Source: an uncultured delta proteobacterium (GTDB lineage: Bacteria; Myxococcota_A; Polyangia; Polyangiales; Polyangiaceae). Taken from it: a DNA stretch of 64,000 bases. The position numbers and the translations under genes are program-made. The stretch covers positions 448,001-512,000 of the forward strand of contig CAWAIF010000002.1 of the NCBI GenBank assembly GCA_963782055.1, written 5' to 3'. Positions within the stretch are counted from its first letter, which is position 1; each line of letters starts with the position of its first letter. The notes beneath the pieces are model-generated. The model was not told the origin of the DNA. It saw only the letters and a program-made list of their open reading frames with translations, and searched no databases. Shown piece by piece: positions 1 to 8,099 of this stretch.

Positions 1-705
1 TCGCTGGGCAACTTCGTCACCATCAAGGACGTGCTCGAGCGCAACGACCCGGAGGGCTTCCGCTACTTCCTGCTCGGCACCCACTACCGCGGCCCGCTCA
101 GCTTCGACTTCGACAAGAAGGAGGACGGCCGCGTCGTCTTCCCCGGCGTGGACGAGGGCGAGCGTCGCGCGGAATACTTGTATTCTACACTGGAGGCGCT
201 GCGCGCCGCCGCGGCGGGGGAGCCGGAGGGCGAGGGCCCGCCCGCGCTCAAGGCGCAGAGCAAGGTCGTGGCCGCCGCGGAGGAGGGCGTCCTCGCCGCG
301 CTGGACAAGGATCTCAACGCGCCGCAGGCGCTCGCGGTGCTGGCGGAGCTGGCCAAGGCCGGCAACGAGATCGTCATCCAGGTCGGCAAGCTGAAGAAGG
401 ACCCCGCCGCGCAGAAGGCCGCGCGCGGCCTCGCCGCCCGCGCCGCCGGGACGCTGCTCCGCGCGTGCGCGCCGCTCGGCCTGCTCCAGGCGAAGCCCGC
501 CGACTTCTTCGCCCGCACGCGCGAGCAGCGCCTGCACCTGCGCAAGCTCGACCCGGCCGCCATCGAGGCGAAGGTGGCGGAGCGCACCGCCGCACGCGCG
601 GCGAAGGATTTCGCCCGCGCCGACGCCATTCGCAAGGAGCTCGCCGCCACCGGTGTCGACCTCGCCGATGGTGACGCCGCCACCACCTGGCGGGTCATGA
701 TCTGA
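1..705 (+). CDS. cysS: Cysteine--tRNA ligase, C-terminal part (5' truncated by window)
   Basis: Frame 1 starts SLGNFVTI (end of the KMSKSLGN motif), then RYFLLGTHYR, LDKDLNAP and the C-terminal R..AR..KDFARADAIR..L...GV.L.D anticodon-binding helix. Confidence 0.95.
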   Translation, partial: SLGNFVTIKDVLERNDPEGFRYFLLGTHYRGPLSFDFDKKEDGRVVFPGVDEGERRAEYLYSTLEALRAAAAGEPEGEGPPALKAQSKVVAAAEEGVLAALDKDLNAPQALAVLAELAKAGNEIVIQVGKLKKDPAAQKAARGLAARAAGTLLRACAPLGLLQAKPADFFARTREQRLHLRKLDPAAIEAKVAERTAARAAKDFARADAIRKELAATGVDLADGDAATTWRVMI

Positions 706-708
706 GGG

Positions 709-2121
709 TCAGTCGGCCGCGCCGAGCTTCCGCTCGATGGCCTCCAGGTGCGCGCGCACCTCGGGATCGTTGGTCCGCAGGCCCTCCACCTTGCGCACCG
801 CGCTCATCACCGTCGTGTGATCCCGGTTGCCGAAGGCGCGCCCCAGCTCCGGGAAGCTGCACTTCAGCCGCTGCTTGCACAGGTACATCGCCACGTGCCG
901 CGCGAAGGCGATGCTCTTGTGGCGGTCCTTGCTGAGCAGATCCCCGCTGCGCAGCTTGAAGTGGTGGCAGACGACGCGCTGGATGTCCTCCACGCTCGAC
1001 TCCGTCGGCCGCGCGCTGGACGCCGCGAGGATCTCCTGCCGGGCGAAGTCCACCGACATGGGCTTGCCGAGCAGCGACGCCTTCGCCGCGATGCGGATGA
1101 GCGTGCCCTCCAGCTCGCGCACGTTGCTGCGCACCGACTGGGCGATGCAGAGCACCACGTCGTGCGCCACCTCGATCTTCTCGAGCTGCGCCTTCTTGCG
1201 CACGATGGCGACGCGCGTCTCCAGCTCCGGCGGCTGGATGTCGGCCACCAGCCCGGAGGCGAAGCGCGAGACGAGCCGCTCCTCCATCCGCTCGAGCTGC
1301 TGGGGGTACTTGTCGCTCGTCAGGATGATCTGCTTGTCCGCCTGGTGCAGGGCGTTGAACGCGTGGAAAAACTCCTCCTGCGTCTGCGTCTTGGAGGCGA
1401 GGAACTGGATGTCGTCGACGAGGAGCAGGTCGCAGCGCTCGCGGTAGCGCGCGCGGAACTCGTTCATCCGGTTGTCCTGCAGCGCCTGGACGAAGTCGTT
1501 GATGAACTTCTCCGCCGAGATGTACAGGATGCGGGCATCCGGGCGCTCCTCGCGCACGCGGTGGGCGACGGCGTGCACCAGGTGGGTCTTGCCCAGGCCG
1601 GTGCCGCCGCAGAGAAAGAGCGGGTTGTGCCGGGGCCCACCGCCGCCGGCGGCCGCGATGGAGGCGGCGTGGGCGAGCTGGTTGGACGGCCCCACGACGA
1701 AGTTGACGAAGGTGTACTTCGGGTTGAGACCCTCGATGGGCGGCGGCGCCGGCGCCACGCTGGGGCGGCGCGTCCGCGGCGCGGGCTCCTCGTCGTCCTC
1801 CCGGACGATCAGCGGGCGAGGCCGTACCGGCGGCACGCTGGGGTGCGACGCCACGGGTCGCTCGACCTGGCCGCCCACCGTCCACGCCACCTGGACGCTC
1901 CACCCCGTCTTGCTCCGGATGAAGTCGGTGATGGTCGGGAGGAAATGCTGGTCCACCCACTCGCGGACGAACTCGTCGCGCGCCCGCAGGCCCAGCACGC
2001 CGTCGGTCAGGCCGTCGAACTGGATCCCGGAGAACCACTGATCGAAGCTCGCCGGCGAGCGCTCACGCGTAAAGGCGATTGCCTCTGTCCAGAGCCCTTG
2101 CTCCATCTCCACCTCGGTCAC
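709..2121 (-). CDS. dnaA: Chromosomal replication initiator DnaA
   Basis: LNPKYTFVNFVVGPSN, Walker A GGTGLGKTHL, Walker B LLLVDDIQF, TQEEFFH, SNVRELEG, domain IV FGNRDHTTV. Confidence 0.98.
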   Translation of the reverse strand: MTEVEMEQGLWTEAIAFTRERSPASFDQWFSGIQFDGLTDGVLGLRARDEFVREWVDQHFLPTITDFIRSKTGWSVQVAWTVGGQVERPVASHPSVPPVRPRPLIVREDDEEPAPRTRRPSVAPAPPPIEGLNPKYTFVNFVVGPSNQLAHAASIAAAGGGGPRHNPLFLCGGTGLGKTHLVHAVAHRVREERPDARILYISAEKFINDFVQALQDNRMNEFRARYRERCDLLLVDDIQFLASKTQTQEEFFHAFNALHQADKQIILTSDKYPQQLERMEERLVSRFASGLVADIQPPELETRVAIVRKKAQLEKIEVAHDVVLCIAQSVRSNVRELEGTLIRIAAKASLLGKPMSVDFARQEILAASSARPTESSVEDIQRVVCHHFKLRSGDLLSKDRHKSIAFARHVAMYLCKQRLKCSFPELGRAFGNRDHTTVMSAVRKVEGLRTNDPEVRAHLEAIERKLGAAD

Positions 2122-2322
2122 GCTTCTTGCCTCGTGCGGGAGCCGCGACCCCCGAAAAAAGAAAAAGCACCCTCCGCGCGCACGGGAACTGCTTCCCGGG
2201 CGGCTCCGTCTCTCCGGAACCGGCCGGACGCCATGCGACCGACCTGCGCACCCCAGCCCTGCTCGTCGCCCGGACGGGGACCCCCACGATGAATCGGGTA
2301 GGAGCTACACCTACTTCACAAG

Positions 2323-2343
2323 TTATCCACAGCCTGTGGAAAA
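2323..2343. promoter_or_regulatory. Pair of consensus DnaA boxes in opposite orientation
   Basis: TTATCCACA (2323-2331) gcc TGTGGAAAA (2335-2343, reverse complement TTTTCCACA), about 200 bp upstream of dnaA; degenerate box TACTTCACA at 2312-2320. Confidence 0.85.
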
Positions 2344-2799
2344 CCTTCCACCATGCGCTCCGCGCCGCCGTTTCTGGCCTGGGCCATGCTTGGGGGGCTT
2401 GGCGCCCTCCCTCGGCGAGCGAGGAAGTCACGGTGGCGCTGGGCAACCGCGACGTAAAGAGAGTGGCTACCACCGGCCGATTAGCCTCGTCCACGGCGAT
2501 CATATCGAAACGGATCAAGTCGACGAAATGACTCGGGATTATTGGGTGTAGATCCCCTGTGAATTCCATTGCCGCGGCCTGCACGCAGCTGCCCTGGCCG
2601 CTAGCTGCATGATTTGCAAAAGGATTTGGGCGGGTTCTCGCGGGGGCGAGGGCAAAATGGGCCGTTTTTGCCCCGATCTGGGCTGTCAAGACACGACGTT
2701 CCGGCGGCGTTTTCGCGACGGACGCGTGAAGCGCGGCTGCGTGATCCTGCCGCCGAAAAGTGGCCGGGGCAGCAGGAGGTGTGGTTAGGGTGCCGCGTG

Positions 2800-3822
2800 G
2801 TGAGCAGCGTCGATCGACCTTCGCGGGCAGGGGCTACGGGCCGGGCTCTTGGTGCGCGCGTGGTCGCCGGCCTGGCGCTCACAGCGGGACTCTTGACGGG
2901 GTCAAGCGTTCGGGCCGATCCCTCCTCGACGTCGCCTCAGCAGGGCTTCGACCTGGGCCAGATCCCCTCCCCACGGTCGCTCGCCTTCGGCGGCGCGCAG
3001 GCGGCGCTGGGCGGCTCGACGACTGCCGTCTACCTCAACCCTGCGAACATGCCCTTCACGCACGTCTACCACTTCGAGGCGCTCGGGGGCTGGATCCCCG
3101 AGGCGGCGCGGCAGACCTACGGCGGGGCGGTGGCCGACTCGGTCACCAACAAGGTCGCCGGCGGCTTCGGCGGCTCGTGGTCGACGATGGACCCGGAGGG
3201 GCTGGACCGCACCTGGACCGACCTGCGGCTCGCCACCGCGTATCCCATCGCGCCCAGCTTCGCGCTCGGGCTGACGGGGCGGTACCTGCGCGTGGACCAG
3301 ACCGTGGGGCGCGGGCCCTTCGGACCGAGCCTGGCCTCCGACGGCACGCCCGACTCCGCGCTCTCCAGCCTCTTCACCTTCGACGCCGGGCTGACCTTCC
3401 GGCCCATCCCGCAGCTCTCCATCGCCGCGCTGGGTAAGAACCTCACCAACCCGGGGCGCGGCTTCGCGCCGACCACGGTGACCGGAGCGGTGGGCTACAC
3501 CACGCCCAGCGAGATCTTCTCCGCCGAGTTCGACGCCCTCGTCGACTTCACGACCTGGGGCGACCCGCGGGGGACCTACTCGCTCGGCGCCGAGCTGTTC
3601 TTGGTCAACCACCTGCTGCTGCGCCTCGGCTACCGCATCGACACCGGCATGAAGACCCACGCGCTGAGCGGCGGGCTCGGCTACGTGGACCGTCGCTTCA
3701 GCGTGGAGACGTCCATTCGCCGCGACATCGTCGCCGACCACCCCTCGACGATGTTCGTGCTGGGGCTCAAGTACTTCTACGACGCCGGCGCGACGCCCGA
3801 CCAGGCGATGAGCGCGGACTGA
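2800..3822 (+). CDS. Outer-membrane beta-barrel protein, FadL/PorV-like
   Basis: Signal peptide, PRSLAFGGA..A.......YLNPA motif, alternating amphipathic strands ending LGLKYFY; start uncertain (GTG 2797, 2800 or 2860). Confidence 0.6.
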   Translation: MSSVDRPSRAGATGRALGARVVAGLALTAGLLTGSSVRADPSSTSPQQGFDLGQIPSPRSLAFGGAQAALGGSTTAVYLNPANMPFTHVYHFEALGGWIPEAARQTYGGAVADSVTNKVAGGFGGSWSTMDPEGLDRTWTDLRLATAYPIAPSFALGLTGRYLRVDQTVGRGPFGPSLASDGTPDSALSSLFTFDAGLTFRPIPQLSIAALGKNLTNPGRGFAPTTVTGAVGYTTPSEIFSAEFDALVDFTTWGDPRGTYSLGAELFLVNHLLLRLGYRIDTGMKTHALSGGLGYVDRRFSVETSIRRDIVADHPSTMFVLGLKYFYDAGATPDQAMSAD

Positions 3823-3909
3823 GAGCACCGAATGAAGTCACGTCGCTCGTGAGGGCGTGCGTGGGAGGGGCGACGCGCCGAAGGGCGTGCGGACCGACCC
3901 GCGCTCGCG

Positions 3910-4698
3910 TCAGGGCGGCGCCCAGTAGGTGAGGCAGAGATCGTCGCTCGGGTGGCGCGCGACGAGCAGCGGGTCGGCGGGCAGCGGGTAGCCCGACGAC
4001 GGCGCGCCGCTCACCGCGAGGGGGTAGGGGTCGGCGTCCGGACCGCAGTAGTGAGCGGCCGCACGCCGCAGCCACGCGGCCGGCTCCGGCGAGGCGATCT
4101 CCAGCCGCCACACCGGCAGCGGCGCGCCGCCGGGGGCGCCGAGGCGCATGACCAGCTCGTGCCCGCCCGTCGCGTCGGCGGTGGGAGGCGCGAGCACGGT
4201 GCGCAGGCGCAGGGCGGCGACGTCGCTCGACGCCACCGCGCGGCGGAAGGCGGGCTCGCTGACGCGCACCACCTCCCCGGCCATCGTCGGGGGGCCGAGC
4301 AGCAGCAGCGCGCCGGAGGGCTTGCGCGCGGCGCGCTGGGTCACCAGCGGCTCGCCGGCGTCTCCCGGCGCGGGGGCGCGGGCGCCGGGTGGGACGGCGA
4401 GCAGGTGGGCGTCGAAGGCGCGGGGCATCCCCGGCGCGCCGAAGGCGACGAAGAGGTCAATCTCCCCCGCGTGCCACGCGCCGCGCGCCAGGGTGAGCTC
4501 GTGCTCCACCAGCACGTGGTCGCGGGAGGGCTCGACGCGCACGTGCGTGAGGACGGGCAGCGACGGCAGGGGCGCGGAGCGCAGGCGCGGTCGTGGCGGC
4601 GGCCGGTGTGTGGGGTGATGGTGGTGCACGACGTGCTTGCCCGGGCGCGCGGCGACGAGGAAGGGCACCAGCAACAGGAGCGCGCCGAGCCGCCTCAC
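3910..4698 (-). CDS. Hypothetical exported protein
   Basis: C-terminal part of ORF 3910..7116; GTG overlaps the upstream stop (GTGA); signal peptide RRLGALLLLVPFLVAA followed by a His/Pro-rich linker. Confidence 0.7.
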   Translation of the reverse strand: MRRLGALLLLVPFLVAARPGKHVVHHHHPTHRPPPRPRLRSAPLPSLPVLTHVRVEPSRDHVLVEHELTLARGAWHAGEIDLFVAFGAPGMPRAFDAHLLAVPPGARAPAPGDAGEPLVTQRAARKPSGALLLLGPPTMAGEVVRVSEPAFRRAVASSDVAALRLRTVLAPPTADATGGHELVMRLGAPGGAPLPVWRLEIASPEPAAWLRRAAAHYCGPDADPYPLAVSGAPSSGYPLPADPLLVARHPSDDLCLTYWAPP

Positions 4699-5990
4699 GC
4701 GAGGGCCTCCTCGAGGCGACGGGCGAGGCGCGTCGCGTCCTCCTCGCCCGGCTCGGCCGACGCCTCCGGCTCCGTCGCGGCGAGCGTGCGCAGGTACGCC
4801 GGCGCGCGGGGGTTGTCGAACCAGTCCTCGTCGAAGCGGTCGCGCAGCGCGTCGAGCAGGGGCAGCGTCGCCACGACCGCGCGAAGGGTGTCGGCGTCGG
4901 CGTCGCGCGGGCGAAGGAGCATCGCCGCGGCGGCCGGCGGCACCTCGGGGCCGAGCGCGCGCGCCGTGAGCTCCTCCTGCGACGCGCGCGAGCCGTCGTG
5001 CAGCGTGCGCGCGACGAGGTGGCGCACCTGCAGCAGCGCGACGGCGGAGAGCGCCCGCGCCTGGTCGCGGCACGTGCCCGGCGACAGGCCCATGCGGCGC
5101 TTGTAAAAGGCACGGATCGCCGGCAGCCCGCCGATCGCGCAGCCGATCGTACGCGCGCGGACGGAGCGCACGGGCTGCCGCAGGGCGAAGGGGCCGGCGG
5201 GGCGGGCGGCCGCCGCGAACGCCTCGCCGAAGGCGCGCAGGGCGCGGGCGAAGCTGGCGGCGCCGAAGACCTCCGGCGCCCACCCCATGCGCGGCGCGGC
5301 GACGGCGCCGAAGGCGGGCAGCATCTCCGCGACCCAGCGCCAGCCCAGGTGGGCGGGCCAGCCCTCCACCGCGGCGCGGCCGAGACGCATGTCCAGGTGC
5401 AAGGGGAAGGGCGCATCGCCCGGCCGGACGCGGCACACCTCCCCCGCGATGTCCTCGGTGCGCTCCAGGAGGACGCGGGCCACGCCCGCGGGCGCCGGCG
5501 GCGACGGCGCGCCCAGCCGGGAGAGCACCTCCGCGCGCGTGGCGCGGCGCTCGGCGTCCAGCGCGAAGATCTCCGGCGCCGCGCGGTCGAGCTCCGCCAG
5601 GTGGGTGCGCGCCTCCCCGGCGCTCGTCGAGCCGAGCAGGCCTCGCATCGCCTCGCGCCACGTGGCGGCCGCGCGTCCGGCGCCGGCCCGACCCGCGGGC
5701 GCGCTCGTCGCGTGCGCGAGCTTCACGTCCAGCGAGAACGCGAGGCGGCGCGCGGTGAGCTCCGCCACCCATGTCGCCAGGGCGTCGCGCATCGGCACGT
5801 CCACCGCCGAGACGTCCGCCTCGCGCAGCGCGGAGAGGGCGCGCTGGCCGGACACCTCGCGATGCGCCGGCCACGGGTCCGGCGGCGCCTCGCCGCCCTC
5901 GTCCAGGCGGGCGAGCGCCGCCCGCACGCGCGCGTCGGCGGCGACGGCGGCCGCGACCTGACGATCGATGCGCGCGAGATCCACCAGCAT
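4695..5990 (-). CDS. Hypothetical protein, possibly degenerate M3-like (gluzincin) fold
   Basis: 431 aa in an operon with miaE; C-terminal LRDRFDEDWFDNPRA recalls myxobacterial M3-like proteins; no HExxH. Confidence 0.55.
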   Translation of the reverse strand: MLVDLARIDRQVAAAVAADARVRAALARLDEGGEAPPDPWPAHREVSGQRALSALREADVSAVDVPMRDALATWVAELTARRLAFSLDVKLAHATSAPAGRAGAGRAAATWREAMRGLLGSTSAGEARTHLAELDRAAPEIFALDAERRATRAEVLSRLGAPSPPAPAGVARVLLERTEDIAGEVCRVRPGDAPFPLHLDMRLGRAAVEGWPAHLGWRWVAEMLPAFGAVAAPRMGWAPEVFGAASFARALRAFGEAFAAAARPAGPFALRQPVRSVRARTIGCAIGGLPAIRAFYKRRMGLSPGTCRDQARALSAVALLQVRHLVARTLHDGSRASQEELTARALGPEVPPAAAAMLLRPRDADADTLRAVVATLPLLDALRDRFDEDWFDNPRAPAYLRTLAATEPEASAEPGEEDATRLARRLEEALA

Positions 5991-5993
5991 GCG

Positions 5994-6623
5994 TCACCCG
6001 TGGATCGCGGCGCGGCCGGAGCGCGTCGCGAGCCGTCCTGTGATGACGCCCTCGGCCGCGGCCGCCTCGGCGAACCGCGCGTCCACCAGCTCCTGCCCGC
6101 CGGGGCCGGCCGTGCGCACCGCGAGGTCGCGGAACTCCCGGTAGTGCCGCGCCTCGGCCTCGAAGAGGTCTGTGTAGAATGCAAATACATCGTCCTCGCG
6201 GCCCATGGCGTCGCAGAGGGTCTTGAAGCGCTCGCACGAGCGCGCCTCGATGAGGGCGCACACCACGAAGCGGTCCACCGCGGGCGGCGCGGTGACGGGC
6301 TCGCCCCGCACGCGCACCTTGCGGGGCAGCGCCGCGATCGCCGCGCGCAGCTCGGCCGCGTAGGTGTCGACGGGCGGGGCGCCGAGCGACAGGCCGCGGG
6401 CGCGGAGCATGCCGAGCACCTGGTCGAAGTGGCGCATCTCCTCCTGGGCGATGGCCGTCAGGCGCGCCGCCACCTCCAGATCCGCGCCGTGGCGCGCGAT
6501 CAGCGACATGGCGTTGGTGGCCGCCTTCAGCTCGCAGTGCGCGTGATCGACCAGCACGGCGTCCAGGTCGGCGAGCGCGAGGCGGGCCCACGCGGGGTCT
6601 GTCGGCACCGTCAGGCCCAGCAT
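5994..6623 (-). CDS. miaE: tRNA-(ms2i6A37) hydroxylase MiaE
   Basis: Di-iron motifs DHAHCELKAA, EEMRHF, LIEARSCERF, EARHY. Confidence 0.92.
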   Translation of the reverse strand: MLGLTVPTDPAWARLALADLDAVLVDHAHCELKAATNAMSLIARHGADLEVAARLTAIAQEEMRHFDQVLGMLRARGLSLGAPPVDTYAAELRAAIAALPRKVRVRGEPVTAPPAVDRFVVCALIEARSCERFKTLCDAMGREDDVFAFYTDLFEAEARHYREFRDLAVRTAGPGGQELVDARFAEAAAAEGVITGRLATRSGRAAIHG

Positions 6624-6671
6624 GACCGTGCGTTAGCACACGGCGCGGCCGCTGCCGAGCTGGGGGACGCG

Positions 6672-7202
6672 TCAGCGCCGCGCGCGCGTCCCGCGCCAGC
6701 CGCCCAGGGCAGCGCCCGCGGTCGCCAGCGCGAGCGCCACGGCGGAGGTGGAGAGCGCCGCGACGACGCCCGGCCCGGACAGCCCGCTGGAGCCCAGGGC
6801 GGTGAGGCTGGCGATGAGGCCGACCATGAGCCCGGCGAGGGCGGCCTCGCGCACGCCGGTGCCGCGGCCGAAGCGCCCGACCACGTACCCCCCGCCCGCG
6901 GCGCCCAGCAGCAGCGCCAGAGCGTGCACGGCGGCGAGGGTGAGGAGGTGGAGCCGGCGCTCGCCGGCGGGGAGGGCGGCCAGGCGGGCCGCGGCGCCGG
7001 CGTCCAGGGGGCCGAGCCGCGCGATGGTGATCCGCTCGGCCACCATGCGCGCCACCACCGAGAGCGGGAGCCACGCGGCGAAGATGAGCACGGTGCCGAA
7101 GCCGACCCAGTGCCACGGCGGCCGGGCCTCCGCCTCCGCTTCAGCCGGATCGGAGGCGATGACCGGCAGCCGCCGCTTCGTGGAAGAACCATTGCCGGCC
7201 AC
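6672..7202 (-). CDS. Hypothetical membrane protein
   Basis: About 4 hydrophobic helices (RPPWHWVGFGTVLIFAAWLPL...); start estimated at GTG 7202. Confidence 0.65.
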   Translation of the reverse strand: MAGNGSSTKRRLPVIASDPAEAEAEARPPWHWVGFGTVLIFAAWLPLSVVARMVAERITIARLGPLDAGAAARLAALPAGERRLHLLTLAAVHALALLLGAAGGGYVVGRFGRGTGVREAALAGLMVGLIASLTALGSSGLSGPGVVAALSTSAVALALATAGAALGGWRGTRARR

Positions 7203-7245
7203 GCGGTCACCATGGCAGAAACACCCGTCCGAGGCCAACGACCGC

Positions 7246-7683
7246 ATGACCGAGACCGCCCTCGACCCCTCCGCCGCCACCAGCCACGTCGAGCTGCGCG
7301 TGCGTTTCTGCGAGACGGACCTCATGGGTATCGTCCACCACGGCAGCTACCTCACCTACTTCGAGGCGGCGCGCGTGGAGTGGCTGCGGCGGCGGGGGGT
7401 CGCCTATGCCGAGTGGGCCGAGCGTGGCCTGCACCTGCCCGTGGTCGAGGCGTCGACCCGCTACAAGGCGCCGGCGCGCTTCGACGACGTGCTCACGGTC
7501 GAGACGCGGCTCTCCGAGCTCCGCTCCCACTCGGTGCGCTTCGACTACCGGGTGCTGCGCGGGACCCACGTCATCGCGGAGGGCTCGACGCGGCTGGCGT
7601 GCGTGGGGCCGGACCACAAGCTTCAGCGCATCCCCCAGGAGGTCGCCTCGGTGCTCTGCGCCGCGGAGCTGAGCGGGACCTGA
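7246..7683 (+). CDS. Acyl-CoA thioesterase, YbgC/FadM (4HBT) family
   Basis: RVRFCETDLMGIVHHGSYLTYFEAAR, YKAPARFDD. Confidence 0.9.
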   Translation: MTETALDPSAATSHVELRVRFCETDLMGIVHHGSYLTYFEAARVEWLRRRGVAYAEWAERGLHLPVVEASTRYKAPARFDDVLTVETRLSELRSHSVRFDYRVLRGTHVIAEGSTRLACVGPDHKLQRIPQEVASVLCAAELSGT

Positions 7684-7703
7684 ATGGTGGTACTGTGGTC
7701 CTG

Positions 7704-8078
7704 ATGCGACGGACCTCCGCTCTGCTGGTGATCGGCTTCGCGACCCTCACGCTCTCCGCCTGTCACAAGGGCGCGGCGCGGCTCGAGGGCCACTGGAAGG
7801 GGATCAAGGCGACGGGCGTGTCCGACGACGCCGTCACCAACGCCAACCTCTTCGCCTCCGCGATGGAGCTCGACTTCCACGGCGACAAGATCTCGGTCAA
7901 GACGGACGACGAGAAGCAGTCCGGTCGCTTCAAGGTGGTGCGCGAGGACAAGACGAGCGTCGTCATCATCACCGACGAGGACGGCCCGCGCGACCAGCAG
8001 ACCTTCACCTTCAAGGACGACAAGACGATGGACTGGGGTGTGATGCCCGGCAAGACCATCCAGTTCGTGAAGCAGTGA
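7704..8078 (+). CDS. Small lipoprotein (lipocalin-like beta protein)
   Basis: Lipobox LSAC, LEGHW motif. Confidence 0.75.
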   Translation: MRRTSALLVIGFATLTLSACHKGAARLEGHWKGIKATGVSDDAVTNANLFASAMELDFHGDKISVKTDDEKQSGRFKVVREDKTSVVIITDEDGPRDQQTFTFKDDKTMDWGVMPGKTIQFVKQ

Positions 8079-8099
8079 CCGCGCCAGCGCGGTGAAGGC

